64,000 bases of DNA from a virus: IMG/VR virus record IMGVR_UViG_3300046744_000381, positions 72,877 through 136,876 of that record; one strand, given 5' to 3'. How positions within the stretch are numbered: the first letter of the stretch is position 1; the number at the start of each line of letters is the position of its first letter. Shown here piece by piece: positions 22,101 to 31,272 of the stretch. Under the pieces are notes generated by a model. It saw only the letters and a program-made list of their open reading frames with translations, was not told the origin of the DNA and ran no database searches. Made by a program: the position numbers and the translations under genes.

Positions 22101-22635
22101 TAGTTTCTTTTTTAATACTTTTACCAAACTTATTATCAGCTGGCAATGCAGAATTCAATATTTTTACAAATTGTTCATACCAGTCTGCATTTGTACTATC
22201 ATTCCATATTACTGTTTGTCCGCTTAGATTAGTGCCGTTGCTGTCAATAACATCTTCTGTAGTGCTTATACTGTCAAACTTTAATAATCCGTTAGCTGTT
22301 TGATTTCTTTTAACATTATAACTTACTAATCTTGCTAGACGTAGAACACTTTCTCTGCGTTCTGCTGTTTCTATGTAGTTCTCACGTGCATTTAAATCTG
22401 CACGGAATGCAATATTTTGTCCAAGGAAAGCAATTAGATCAATTAGTGCAAGGTATTCACTACTTTCAATATAGTCATTGAAATCCTCTGGGTAGTTTTG
22501 CCTAATATAGTTTATCATTGTACGGCGAAGATTATCAAAGTCGTAACTTTGAAAATCGGCATACTTAAAACTTTGATAAACTGTCTTCCAATCTTCTGCT
22601 AAAAGAAGTCTATTTTGACGTTCTGTACTTGACAT
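19180..22635 (-). CDS. gp6: Baseplate wedge subunit, T4 gp6-like (1151 aa)
   Basis: DFDNLR...YIR...FNDY...LIDLIAF...ENYIETAERRESVLRLARLVSY, FSDGTFGTLP and QNRLITGEDY are gp6/baseplate-J family hallmarks; follows gp25. Confidence 0.85.
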   Translation of the reverse strand: MSSTERQNRLLLAEDWKTVYQSFKYADFQSYDFDNLRRTMINYIRQNYPEDFNDYIESSEYLALIDLIAFLGQNIAFRADLNARENYIETAERRESVLRLARLVSYNVKRNQTANGLLKFDSISTTEDVIDSNGTNLSGQTVIWNDSTNADWYEQFVKILNSALPADNKFGKSIKKETIDSVLTEQYRLNSISNSGLPIYSFTKNVDSITTQFEIVSTDIDAEKIYEEEPLAGNRLAFLYRDDGQGAGSNNSGFFLHFRQGRLENNVVTVDNPTPNTTINIDTDNINNSDVWLYQLDSNNLENKLWTKVDNIEGNNIIYNSINKKVRDIYGVLSRVQDRISLIFSDGTFGTLPKGKFKVYYRTSNARQFKIVPSDMTGITITVPYTSKAGKVETLSLTMELKTVIDNSAAAESNSSIKTNAPSTYYTQNRLITGEDYNIGTLGINQNIIKTKAVNRTSSGISRYFDLRDASGKYSNTLLYSDDGILFTENLDSKYSFDFVTRNDIESSINNIIIPAIKDTKLLNFYYKNFPRNTSVKNLNFSWNFTTFDTNRSTGYFIDTINSTPIAVSSFTKSIMRYVTPGALIKFDAPNNYYFSSTGDLALGSATTSGSSTYKWVKVISVEDNGTVVNADTGLGPIVLNDKIPQNAVLAEIIPVLDTSITDAVKTQIIDQAFAFKTFGLRYDFENSQWRVIISNNLDTRTEFGLGKTGDSTNTQSDNSWLLLFETDGQKYTVTARGRRYVFESNDQIRFFFDSTNKIYDSKSGTIVSDVIKVLSINTKPDALNPFTVDWPWQITKEYKNDAGYINSKKIEISFFDTDNDGVVDDPDLFEHIVAPETNSNTKYIYQKKTTVNKTETFNYIDADKEPIYTKTSQGAVGALSQYNNGDVFYLIDRDVFLKYNQTANALEFTSDYLAYFGRTDIKFEYSHAADEQARIDPSSSNIIDVYLLTKSYDNEYRDYIKGNTQTKPLPPSSDNLYLDYNSSVQAIKSISDDVIYHPVKYKPILGSKSDVDLQATIKVVKNSDRVVNDNDVKSRVIDSVNAFFALENWDFGETFYFSELATYIINQSAPDIVSVVLVPKQETQSFGSLYEIKSENDEILISSASVDDVEIIDAITQSRLKASGLVVTSDDILNVGVQSSDVTSTGGVNY

Positions 22636-22686
22636 TTGCCATTCCTTTACTTATATAATATTTAGCTGAAAAATAAAGTACGCACT

Positions 22687-23127
22687 TTAAATGAGACCTG
22701 CAGATTCATCAAAAGTTAAACGCAAACTTTCAGATATATTGTATGGCAAATATGTTAACGCACACTCAATTTGAATGCCACTTTCAAATGTTTGTATAGT
22801 TACATTATCAACACTTACTCTTGGATCGTAATTTATAATATCTGTAACATTTTTTATTATTGCTTCTTTTAAAGAATCAGTTAACGGTTCAAAAAGCACA
22901 TCCCATATAATTGTTCCAAACTCTGGATTTTCAAGTTTTTCGCCTTGACGAATGTGAAAATGATTTATTATATCTTGTTTTATAAGTGCAAGATCGTATT
23001 TTACAAAATTATTTGTTTTGTTATTTACTGTGCTAATACCTCTATATTTTTTACTAGTCACAGGAACATTTGTAGATTCTGCACCTACTGTAATATTTTT
23101 ATAAAGAGATTTTTCGTTTACTGACAT
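22687..23127 (-). CDS. gp25: Baseplate wedge/sheath initiator, T4 gp25-like (146 aa)
   Basis: DLALIKQDIINHFHIRQGEKLENPEFGTIIWDVLFEP...YDPRV is the GPW/gp25 family pattern. Confidence 0.9.
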   Translation of the reverse strand: MSVNEKSLYKNITVGAESTNVPVTSKKYRGISTVNNKTNNFVKYDLALIKQDIINHFHIRQGEKLENPEFGTIIWDVLFEPLTDSLKEAIIKNVTDIINYDPRVSVDNVTIQTFESGIQIECALTYLPYNISESLRLTFDESAGLI

Positions 23128-23144
23128 ATTGTATTTATTTCCAC

Positions 23145-24269
23145 TTACCTTGGTAAAACGTAAGATTTACCATTTATAGATTTTACTCTTTCATTTCCGT
23201 ATATAATTCCATTAAATAATCTTGCACCTTGTGGTATTATATCTTGTACTATGCCATTTGTGACATTTCTAATATCATTGTTTATATCCACTGGCAAGTT
23301 AGTTAATCCAAAGTTAATGCCATTATTTGTTGTTAAAACTTTATCAAGTTCTGCTGCGGCAAATTCAGCACTTGCAGCTAAACTTCCAAATACATTATTT
23401 CCTGTCTGCGGAAATATTTTTGAATCCATCTGTCGAGATGTTCCAGCTATTGCTCTAATATTATTTGCAGGATTAGTAGCAAAACTTATGCCTCCAGCGA
23501 TAAGTCCAGCAGTAGTAGGATCAATACTAGGCAATCCAACTTTATCTAAAACACGAGCACCTACACTAGCAATAGATCCATCAACGATAGCTTTCAATTC
23601 AGGATTTAAACCTTTATAAGCTGTACTTAATGTATCACCTAAGCCTTTCACAGCCCCTGAAAAATCTTGTACAATTGGGCCCAATCCTGGTATACTGCCT
23701 ATTGCGCCGCCAATATCTTCAAATAATGTTTTTCCTACATCAACAAGTCCATTTGCTAATCCTCCTAATGCATCGCCAACTACACTACCAATAGATCCTA
23801 CAACATTTCCAAACACATTAGTTAAACTTGTTGTGCTTAAAAGATTGCCCATTACATTTGGCAATAAGTTTGCAATACCTTGCAAAGCACCGCCTATAAT
23901 TGAACTTAATCCTCCAGGTAATCCTTGTAAAAAACTATCTACTGTTGGTTGAATTATTCCAGATAATATATCTTCTATGGATGTACGTTCAGTAAGAAAA
24001 AATTCCTCAGGAGCAGGTGTTGTTCCTGAATAAGTTTGAGGTGTTTCGTCATTGTTAGGAGCAACTGGAGATGCAGCAGCAGCAGTTGTGGCAGGCGGGG
24101 GTGTATTTCTTTGATCTCTACCTCGTGGATCGTTTGCATCTGGATCTACTTGCGAACGTGTTCTACCCATTGCAGCATCTGCTTGTTGTTGATTAGTACG
24201 AGAAGATATTCTATCTGCACTGCCTTTAGTGCCAACTGCTCCATTATTTACAGGCCAAGTATCTGCCAT
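23145..24269 (-). CDS. Hypothetical Gly-rich amphipathic virion protein (374 aa)
   Basis: Long ORF between gp5 and gp25, translationally coupled to gp5; low-complexity N-terminus then a G/L/I/V-rich region. Confidence 0.6.
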   Translation of the reverse strand: MADTWPVNNGAVGTKGSADRISSRTNQQQADAAMGRTRSQVDPDANDPRGRDQRNTPPPATTAAAASPVAPNNDETPQTYSGTTPAPEEFFLTERTSIEDILSGIIQPTVDSFLQGLPGGLSSIIGGALQGIANLLPNVMGNLLSTTSLTNVFGNVVGSIGSVVGDALGGLANGLVDVGKTLFEDIGGAIGSIPGLGPIVQDFSGAVKGLGDTLSTAYKGLNPELKAIVDGSIASVGARVLDKVGLPSIDPTTAGLIAGGISFATNPANNIRAIAGTSRQMDSKIFPQTGNNVFGSLAASAEFAAAELDKVLTTNNGINFGLTNLPVDINNDIRNVTNGIVQDIIPQGARLFNGIIYGNERVKSINGKSYVLPR

Positions 24270-24270
24270 T

Positions 24271-25845
24271 TTATTCTTCCTCTTCCGGTACTAAATCATT
24301 CATAGGTGTTCTATCTGTTTGCACAGTTCTATTTTCATAATGTTTATCTTGGCTTTCTGTATCAACTGCTTCAGTTTTATCAGGTGCAGTTTCTAGTGGA
24401 TTTAAATTTTCGTGTCCATTCCAAGGTTCGTGTTGTGGTATACGCTGAGGAAACTTAGCTTTTAAAGGCAATGTAGCATCTTCTGCTGCTTCAGCTGCCG
24501 GTCCGTTCATATCAATTCTGTCAGCAGTTTCTTTGTGGTGTGTTGATTTAATATGTGTTTCGCCTTCGGCTTGTATTCTAGTATTGCCGCCGCTTTTTTG
24601 ATTTATTATTCCGCCTACTGTTGTTTTTAAATCTGTAGTTACAGTTGTTTCTAAATTATTTTTGCATTTTATTTTACCATCTACGCCTACTAATAATTCA
24701 TAATTTTTTGCTACACTTTGATAAATGTTTTCATTTACAATCATATTGATATTTCTACCAGCTTCAAAATTTATATCTCTATCTGCTGTAAAATTCATAT
24801 CATTTTCTGTGTGAAAACTAATACTGTCTTTTGCATACACATCTAGCTTACCATTTGCACTCATTTCAATCCAACAAGTTCCTTCACTATTGTTAATGTA
24901 AATCAAGTCTTCACTTGTATGCATTAATACTTGTGCGCCGGTTCGTGTACGTAATCTAATTAATTCATTGTGCGGTATTGTTACATCACCGCCACCTTCG
25001 CTTGCTTCTTTGTTTAGATATTTTAAAGGTGTATCTTTTGATGATCCGTCTCTAATAAGTTTGTCATCACCGTCATCTATAACAATACTACTACTTCCAA
25101 GCCTACTAACTGGAATATTTGCTTTTGATTCTTTTAAGCCTACTGGTGCTGTTGGTTTTCCACCCCTTTTGTCTAAAGGTCCTGGACTACTAAAGCCAAC
25201 TACTGCACTAGGTGTTTCTCTTTGAGCACTAGTAGAAGTAAGACCTCTAATTTCATCTTCAACTAATCCTTGTTCAATAAGTTTATCAACAAATTCATCA
25301 TTTACTGGTCTTTTGTATTTTATTACATTATTAGTATTAGGTTTTGTGATTGCTTTATTATATTCGCCTGCAGGTAAACGTTTTCCTTTTAGTTCACTTG
25401 GCACTTCGCCTGTGAGCTGTTCTGTAGCAGGCTGTCCTCCGGGTAACATAAAAGTCATTCCCTTTTCTGGAATACAAGCAAACCAATAGCCAAAGTCTCT
25501 ACTGCCTTCAACAAATGTTACTAAAACTAAACTGCCAGGATCTGGCGGCACTGCCCAAAATCCATAACTTTTTTGTGTACTTGCATAATCTTCGTTTTTG
25601 CGAGGACCATTTTGTGTATTAGTTGTTCCATAGAAAGGACTTGCATAGTAAACTTCTACTGTTTGTCCTAATGTTTCTCCAATATTTCCAGCTTCTGAAG
25701 TTTTTAATAATTCAACTCTTAGCCCACCTAGATATAAACTATCTAAATGTTCAATTACTCTTGCAATATACGGGCCGGGATTTCGTGTTGAACTTCCGTC
25801 GTCACTAATACGTGTTACTTCGTTTTGATTTGGATTATTGTTCAT
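24271..25845 (-). CDS. gp5: Central spike, gp5/VgrG-like, with no lysozyme domain evident (524 aa)
   Basis: OB-fold start GPYIARV...GGLRVEL, SYGFWAVPPDxGSxVLVxF, then beta-helix repeats (IRLRTRTGAQVLM...WIEMSANGKLDVY) and IDMNG; PQHEPW motif near the C-terminus. Confidence 0.75.
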   Translation of the reverse strand: MNNNPNQNEVTRISDDGSSTRNPGPYIARVIEHLDSLYLGGLRVELLKTSEAGNIGETLGQTVEVYYASPFYGTTNTQNGPRKNEDYASTQKSYGFWAVPPDPGSLVLVTFVEGSRDFGYWFACIPEKGMTFMLPGGQPATEQLTGEVPSELKGKRLPAGEYNKAITKPNTNNVIKYKRPVNDEFVDKLIEQGLVEDEIRGLTSTSAQRETPSAVVGFSSPGPLDKRGGKPTAPVGLKESKANIPVSRLGSSSIVIDDGDDKLIRDGSSKDTPLKYLNKEASEGGGDVTIPHNELIRLRTRTGAQVLMHTSEDLIYINNSEGTCWIEMSANGKLDVYAKDSISFHTENDMNFTADRDINFEAGRNINMIVNENIYQSVAKNYELLVGVDGKIKCKNNLETTVTTDLKTTVGGIINQKSGGNTRIQAEGETHIKSTHHKETADRIDMNGPAAEAAEDATLPLKAKFPQRIPQHEPWNGHENLNPLETAPDKTEAVDTESQDKHYENRTVQTDRTPMNDLVPEEEE

Positions 25846-28173
25846 TTATTTAGATCCATATGCAGTATAACTTGTTTGATTAGGTGTAGCATTTGTTACT
25901 TTAGTCTTTTGATCACTTGTGCCAGCTTGTTTAGAGTCTTCTGGCTGATTAGGTCTTCTAAGTAACTTTAAACGTTGTGTAAATTGTCCTTTATCAAAAG
26001 TACTTTGTAAAGTTGTTACTCTATACAAGCCGCTAAAGCTATCAACTGGAATAGTTTCTTCTGGAAATATCATACTACCGTTTTCATTATAATCAATCGG
26101 TGTTCTAAAGTTTACAATTACATCAACTTCACTTCTTTGATATTCCATTGATTCGTTTTCGTTTTCATTAAAATTTATAGTTGTAGATGTAAAATTGCCC
26201 ATTCCGCTATCAAACAAATAATACGGATCGCCTACAATTTCTAAGTCTAACATCACTAAATCAGTAAAACTATTAATAATATTATCATTAAACATTTTTG
26301 CTATCCGTATTTTACTATTATCTATGCCTGCGCCGCCACCGCCTTGTAAACTACTTCTGTTTGTTGCAATTTGTTGTGCAAATCCTGTTCCACTTAGACT
26401 ATTTGTAGCTTGATTTATGATAAAGGCATCGGTCTTTTGTCCAGTAATATTTTGTTGTAAGCCGCCACCTTTTCTATCTAGGTTATTTTGTCCTAAATCT
26501 GACATTATACTCTTAAAAAATGCTGCATTTATTTGTATATCAAATCCAAGCACATCAACATTTTGTCCTGTGTAGATATAATTGTATTCTCTTTTTGCAA
26601 GTGATTTAAGTTGTTCATAATTTAATCCAGGATCAGATGGTTTTTGTAATGCACTACTATGAACTTTATACGGAACTACTCTATAATGATAAGTTTTTGC
26701 TGTTGTTCCGTCCTGTTGTTCTCTAGTAGCACCGTCTTTCACAAAAGTTTGAGCATCTATTCTAAACCAATCAATCATACCGTTTTCGTCTGCAGGTTTA
26801 TCTTTAAGTTCTGTGGCCCAACTAGAAGTAGTAACAACTTCTTCAATAATTCTTGTTAATTTTGTATCGCTATCAAAAGTAAAACTTCTTTGAACTGGAT
26901 CTATAACATTTTTACCTCTAGTATAAACTTTGTTTTTCTTATCATATTGTTGTCCGCTTTTTCCCATAGGTACTTTGCCGCCATCATTATAACTTTTTGC
27001 AATATCTGCATTACCAATTAAGTTTATACTACCCGCATCTTGCGCAATTCGAGTTAATCCTTCGCCTATACTACTTTTACTAAAAATTAATCCTGTAACA
27101 CTACTTAAAAAAGCATCAAAATCTTGCGGTGCTTGTGCTCCAAGGAAACCAGTAACACTTTGAAATACACTATTGATATCTCCTGACCTAAATGCATTTA
27201 AAACTCCGTTAAGAGCACCAAAATTTGCTCCGCCGAACGCTCCTCCTAGTGCTCCAACTATACCACCGCCAAGTGCAGCCCTGCCAAGATTTTTTTCTCC
27301 GGCAATTGCACCTGCTACTACACCGCCTATAACACCTTTTGCTAAATTTCCAAACAGCGGATTGCGTGATTTTTTAGGAGTAATAGTTGCTCCTCTATCA
27401 ACTGTATTAGTTTTTTGTGAATTACTTATACTCGATGCAATATCACTTGGAAATGATATTACAATTTCGTCAGCAACGGGAAAATTTCCTTCTGCTCGCA
27501 GTTCTTCGTATCTTCCATTTATTACAGTTGTTAAACTTTCAGGTCCTGTTTGTAATATTTCTACAACATTTTTTCCTGTAACAGTAATATCGCTATATGT
27601 TCTGTCTATCTGATCTATTAATGCTTGTTCGTTCCACGGAATAGCTGTAACAGAATAAGTTGTGCCTTGGGCAGCTATATTAAATTCAACATTTGCTAAT
27701 TTTAATGGTATTTTCCTTTGTAAATTTTTTGTATCAACTGTAACGGGATTACCGTCGTCATCAAATCCTACAAATTCTATAGTTAACAAAAAAGGCGCTT
27801 GAATATAGTTTGTATATCCAGCTTGTAGTGCTCCAATTTGCAAAGTTTGTAAAAATAATCCCATACTATATGGTTCAATTACTTGAAACTCAATATTTGT
27901 TGCATTTGTAAGCCTAGTTTTTGTATTTGGTACAACAATTGCTTCAATGTTGACATCTTCGATAAAATATTCTAATTTGCCGCCAATTTGCTCTTCAAAA
28001 ACTGTTGAAACAAAAGATTCGCTTTTACCACCACTACGTAAAATCTCTAACTGCGGCGTGCCATTGATATATGTCTCGTCAGGATAATTTATTTCTTCTT
28101 TTGTTAATACAGCCAAAGTGAAAATACAATTATAACTAGAATAAACGTGTAACGGATTAATTTCTTTTGCCAT
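25846..28173 (-). CDS. Baseplate hub protein, gp27/GpD-like (775 aa)
   Basis: Located between gp53 and gp5; C-terminal LEIVGDPYY...FSGLYRVTTLQSTFDKGQFTQRLKL is typical of hub proteins. Confidence 0.65.
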   Translation of the reverse strand: MAKEINPLHVYSSYNCIFTLAVLTKEEINYPDETYINGTPQLEILRSGGKSESFVSTVFEEQIGGKLEYFIEDVNIEAIVVPNTKTRLTNATNIEFQVIEPYSMGLFLQTLQIGALQAGYTNYIQAPFLLTIEFVGFDDDGNPVTVDTKNLQRKIPLKLANVEFNIAAQGTTYSVTAIPWNEQALIDQIDRTYSDITVTGKNVVEILQTGPESLTTVINGRYEELRAEGNFPVADEIVISFPSDIASSISNSQKTNTVDRGATITPKKSRNPLFGNLAKGVIGGVVAGAIAGEKNLGRAALGGGIVGALGGAFGGANFGALNGVLNAFRSGDINSVFQSVTGFLGAQAPQDFDAFLSSVTGLIFSKSSIGEGLTRIAQDAGSINLIGNADIAKSYNDGGKVPMGKSGQQYDKKNKVYTRGKNVIDPVQRSFTFDSDTKLTRIIEEVVTTSSWATELKDKPADENGMIDWFRIDAQTFVKDGATREQQDGTTAKTYHYRVVPYKVHSSALQKPSDPGLNYEQLKSLAKREYNYIYTGQNVDVLGFDIQINAAFFKSIMSDLGQNNLDRKGGGLQQNITGQKTDAFIINQATNSLSGTGFAQQIATNRSSLQGGGGAGIDNSKIRIAKMFNDNIINSFTDLVMLDLEIVGDPYYLFDSGMGNFTSTTINFNENENESMEYQRSEVDVIVNFRTPIDYNENGSMIFPEETIPVDSFSGLYRVTTLQSTFDKGQFTQRLKLLRRPNQPEDSKQAGTSDQKTKVTNATPNQTSYTAYGSK

Positions 28174-28479
28174 TTACAATCCTAATTCATCTTTGAGATT
28201 ACTTTGTTTTGGTAAAAATATCTTAAGTCCTGATTTTATATCAAATACTGGATCTTTTACTATGTCCATATTGCGCTGCGCAAATACCCACCATAGTTTT
28301 GGTGTTCCGTACAAGTCATATGCTAGTAAATCGGGTCTATGATTGTATTGAGGCTCAACTTCGTATAAAATATCATCATCTTCAGCAGGAATAGGAACTA
28401 TTTCTAATATTCCTAATTCGCCCGATTCGGTTACAGTAGTTTTATTCCAAGGACTTGTTTTTGCATAAGTTGCTACCAT
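28174..28479 (-). CDS. gp53: Baseplate wedge subunit, gp53/LysM-like (101 aa)
   Basis: RPDLLAYDLYGTPKLWWVFAQRN...IFLP is the gp53/P2 gpX pattern. Confidence 0.85.
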   Translation of the reverse strand: MVATYAKTSPWNKTTVTESGELGILEIVPIPAEDDDILYEVEPQYNHRPDLLAYDLYGTPKLWWVFAQRNMDIVKDPVFDIKSGLKIFLPKQSNLKDELGL

Positions 28480-29312
28480 TATAAAAACCCTTCACTATTC
28501 AAATCACCATTTACAAATCTATCTAAACTGAAATTTGCTGCTTTTGCTCTACTGTATGTTGGCTGTAATGTTAAACTTATTGTTGATAATGTTGGCACCC
28601 AAGAGTATTCTTCAACACCAGCGGGTTGATTAGTTCCCCTAAAATTAGTTCTTACAGGGACTCTAATATAATCTACACCATTTTCCAAACTATAATTAAA
28701 GTTTTGCACAACACAAGGCACATTATTTAAAACATATTGTCCGTATCCATTTACTTTAACAAGTGGCGGCGGAGATCCTTTATTACTAGTATCACCAAAT
28801 GCCATTTTTGTAATACTTTTAAAAAAATGAACTGCTGCTATCCAATATCTTCCATCTTCTTCTGTTTGTACAGGAAATTCGCCTGCAATTACAAAAGGTT
28901 CAACACTGCTATTCTCATATATTGGAAAAGGATAATTACTATGTGTAGGAGCTGCTAAACTGTAATTCGCTGTATGCTGAAATGTAATATTAGGTACAAG
29001 AGGAAAAACAACATTATTCCCTGTTTGTACAAGAGGAGCTAGAATAGGACTGGATCTAAATGTACTAATGTCAGGAACACTAATTCTCACTCGCCAATCT
29101 TCGCCTACAGATTCGTTGCTAGGTTTAAAATTAGCAGTAGCATATTTTGCACTTGCTGGTTCTGCACCTGGTGATAAATTACGCTTACGCAGGTTACTCA
29201 TAAATTGGTTTACATTAGTAAGAAAATCTGATATACCTTGTTTATTTTGTATATTATTTTGACTACCAATGTTACTGTCAATACCTGTGATTGGATCAAT
29301 TGCCATTGTCAT
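28479..29312 (-). CDS. Baseplate tail-tube initiator/cap, gp48/gp54-like (277 aa)
   Basis: VVFPLVPNI, GSPPPLVKVNGYG, NVPCVVQNFNY and ISLTLQP match the tube-initiator fold; first gene of the baseplate operon. Confidence 0.65.
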   Translation of the reverse strand: MTMAIDPITGIDSNIGSQNNIQNKQGISDFLTNVNQFMSNLRKRNLSPGAEPASAKYATANFKPSNESVGEDWRVRISVPDISTFRSSPILAPLVQTGNNVVFPLVPNITFQHTANYSLAAPTHSNYPFPIYENSSVEPFVIAGEFPVQTEEDGRYWIAAVHFFKSITKMAFGDTSNKGSPPPLVKVNGYGQYVLNNVPCVVQNFNYSLENGVDYIRVPVRTNFRGTNQPAGVEEYSWVPTLSTISLTLQPTYSRAKAANFSLDRFVNGDLNSEGFL

Positions 29313-29324
29313 ACTCCTATAATG

Positions 29325-29330
29325 TATTTA
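29325..29330 (-). promoter_or_regulatory. Late (gp55-type) promoter TAAATA for the baseplate operon
   Basis: CTAAATAC lies 13 nt upstream of the ATG at 29312, with a GGAG SD between them; the same motif precedes most structural genes. Confidence 0.7.
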
Positions 29331-29331
29331 G

Positions 29332-29360
29332 TTGACAAAAATAAGTGCGTAGTTTATAAT
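29332..29360 (+). promoter_or_regulatory. Consensus sigma70 promoter for gp55
   Basis: TTGACA (29332-37), 17-nt spacer, TATAAT (29355-60); AAGGA SD before the ATG at 29381. Confidence 0.9.
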
Positions 29361-29380
29361 AGTATAGTAAAGGAACAAAT

Positions 29381-30205
29381 ATGGCAAAACGAGTAAATTA
29401 TCTTAATAATAAAGATATGTTAAAAGAAATACATAAAAGCAAAGCTACATTTTGTAGTTATGTTGACCCAGACTACGCTTTATATGATATTATACTACCT
29501 AGTGTAGACAAAATTAATGTTAGAACAATAGCAGAAGCAAAAAGAAATCGTGCTAAAAAAATGTCAACCGAAGCATATGAAGCAGGTAAAGCAGTTAATA
29601 AAAAAGTTAAAATGTCAGAATACGAAGTTGACTACAAAACTATCAACAAAAATTCTTTAATTTTTAGAGTAATGATGTTTGATCATATCCCAGACGAACC
29701 TGGACGCAAAAAAACTCCAAAAACTGTTGCTGATACAAAAACAAAACTTAACTTTCCTCCTTTTCAGCATTATAAGTTTGATGAAAATAACGAACTTGTA
29801 TGTATAGGTAAAAGTCATTGGCAAGGTGGTATGGAAAATGGGCATTTTGATAAAACTCACGGAAAAGCAACTAATGAGCTTGCACGTATGTGGATGAAAC
29901 TAGTTGATAGATATGCAACAAGAGGCAACGTTCGTGGTTATACATATAACGACGAAATGAAAGGCCAAGCAATACTACAATTATCACAAATAGGACTACA
30001 ATTTGATGAAAGTAAATCTAATAATCCTTTTGCATACTACACTGCTGCTGTTACTAATAGTTTTGTTCGTGTTATTAATTTAGAAAAACGTAATCAAAAT
30101 ATAAGAGATGATATATTAGAAATGAATAATCTCAATCCTTCGCATACTAGACAACATTCAGGCGAATGGGAAGCAGCACTTAAAAGAGAATCAGAGAAGA
30201 AATAA
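29381..30205 (+). CDS. gp55: Late-transcription sigma factor, T4 gp55-like (274 aa)
   Basis: YLNNKDML N-terminus; RGYTYNDEMKGQAI...FDESKSNNPFAYYT..VTNSFVRVINLEKR; canonical gp55-gp47-gp46 order. Confidence 0.88.
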   Translation: MAKRVNYLNNKDMLKEIHKSKATFCSYVDPDYALYDIILPSVDKINVRTIAEAKRNRAKKMSTEAYEAGKAVNKKVKMSEYEVDYKTINKNSLIFRVMMFDHIPDEPGRKKTPKTVADTKTKLNFPPFQHYKFDENNELVCIGKSHWQGGMENGHFDKTHGKATNELARMWMKLVDRYATRGNVRGYTYNDEMKGQAILQLSQIGLQFDESKSNNPFAYYTAAVTNSFVRVINLEKRNQNIRDDILEMNNLNPSHTRQHSGEWEAALKRESEKK

Positions 30206-30207
30206 GG

Positions 30208-30236
30208 TTGATTTTCTGATCAATCTACGTTATACT
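30208..30236 (+). promoter_or_regulatory. sigma70-like promoter for gp47-gp46
   Basis: TTGATT (30208-13), 17-nt spacer, TATACT (30231-36); GGAG SD before the GTG at 30259. Confidence 0.65.
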
Positions 30237-30258
30237 GCTAGAGAAATGGAGAATATTC

Positions 30259-31272
30259 GTGTTTAACAAAGCCGCAGTGTTTACTGACATACATTTAGGT
30301 ATGAAGGGTAACTCACGTGTCCACAATCAGGACTGTGAGGACTATATCGAGTGGTATATTGAACAAGCTAAGGCTAATAATTGTGAAACTGGCTTGTTTT
30401 GTGGCGACTGGCACCATAATAGAAACAGTCTTAACCTTACAACTATGGATACAACTATTAGGCTGCTAGAAAAACTAGGTGCTGCCTTTGAAAACTTTTA
30501 TATGTTTGCTGGTAACCACGACTTGTACTACAAAGACAAGCGTGATATCAGTTCAACTGAGTTTGCAAGACACATACCGGGCATTACCGTAATAGATCAA
30601 ATGATGGTCCAAGACGATGTTGCACTGGTTCCGTGGTTAGTTGGTGAAGAGTGGAAGAAGATCGAAAAGTTAAAAGCAAAATACTTGTTTGGTCACTTCG
30701 AACTCCCATCGTTTTATATGAACGCTATGGTACAGATGCCAGACCACGGAGAACTAAAAGCCGAACACTTCAAGAATCAAGAATATGTGTTCAGTGGACA
30801 CTTCCACAAGCGTCAGAAACAAGGCAAGGTGCATTACATCGGTAATGCATTTCCTCATAACTACGCTGATGCGTGGGACGATGCACGTGGTATGATGATA
30901 CTGGACCGCGAAAACAATGCAGAACCGGAATATATCAACTGGCCGCAGTGTCCTAAGTATCGTACAGTCAAGCTATCAAAGCTGATCGACGAGAAAGATA
31001 CACTGATCAAACCGAATATGTATTTGCGAGTTACACTCGACATTGATATTAGCTACGAAGAAGCAAGCTATATTAAAGAAACATTTATGGAACAGTTTGA
31101 ATGTAGAGAGATTACATTAATTCCACAGAAACATATAGAAGAAATTAACACAGACTTGGATATCGAACAGTTTGAAAGTGTAGATCAAATTGTTAGCAAC
31201 GAGATTCAAGCAATCGACAGCGAACAGTTTAATAAGAAACTGTTATTAGACATTTACAACGAGTTAGTATGA
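30259..31272 (+). CDS. gp47: Recombination endonuclease, Mre11/SbcD-like (337 aa)
   Basis: Metallophosphoesterase motifs DIHLG, GDWHH, GNHD, GHFE and SGHFH. Confidence 0.93.
   Translation: MFNKAAVFTDIHLGMKGNSRVHNQDCEDYIEWYIEQAKANNCETGLFCGDWHHNRNSLNLTTMDTTIRLLEKLGAAFENFYMFAGNHDLYYKDKRDISSTEFARHIPGITVIDQMMVQDDVALVPWLVGEEWKKIEKLKAKYLFGHFELPSFYMNAMVQMPDHGELKAEHFKNQEYVFSGHFHKRQKQGKVHYIGNAFPHNYADAWDDARGMMILDRENNAEPEYINWPQCPKYRTVKLSKLIDEKDTLIKPNMYLRVTLDIDISYEEASYIKETFMEQFECREITLIPQKHIEEINTDLDIEQFESVDQIVSNEIQAIDSEQFNKKLLLDIYNELV

Noticed and set aside
775-28958. Many plus-strand ORFs of 60-232 aa opposite the baseplate genes (e.g. 775..1473, 3036..3581, 27173..27613)
   Set aside because: They lie antisense within long, motif-supported genes, lack recognisable motifs, and are the expected shadow of biased codon usage.
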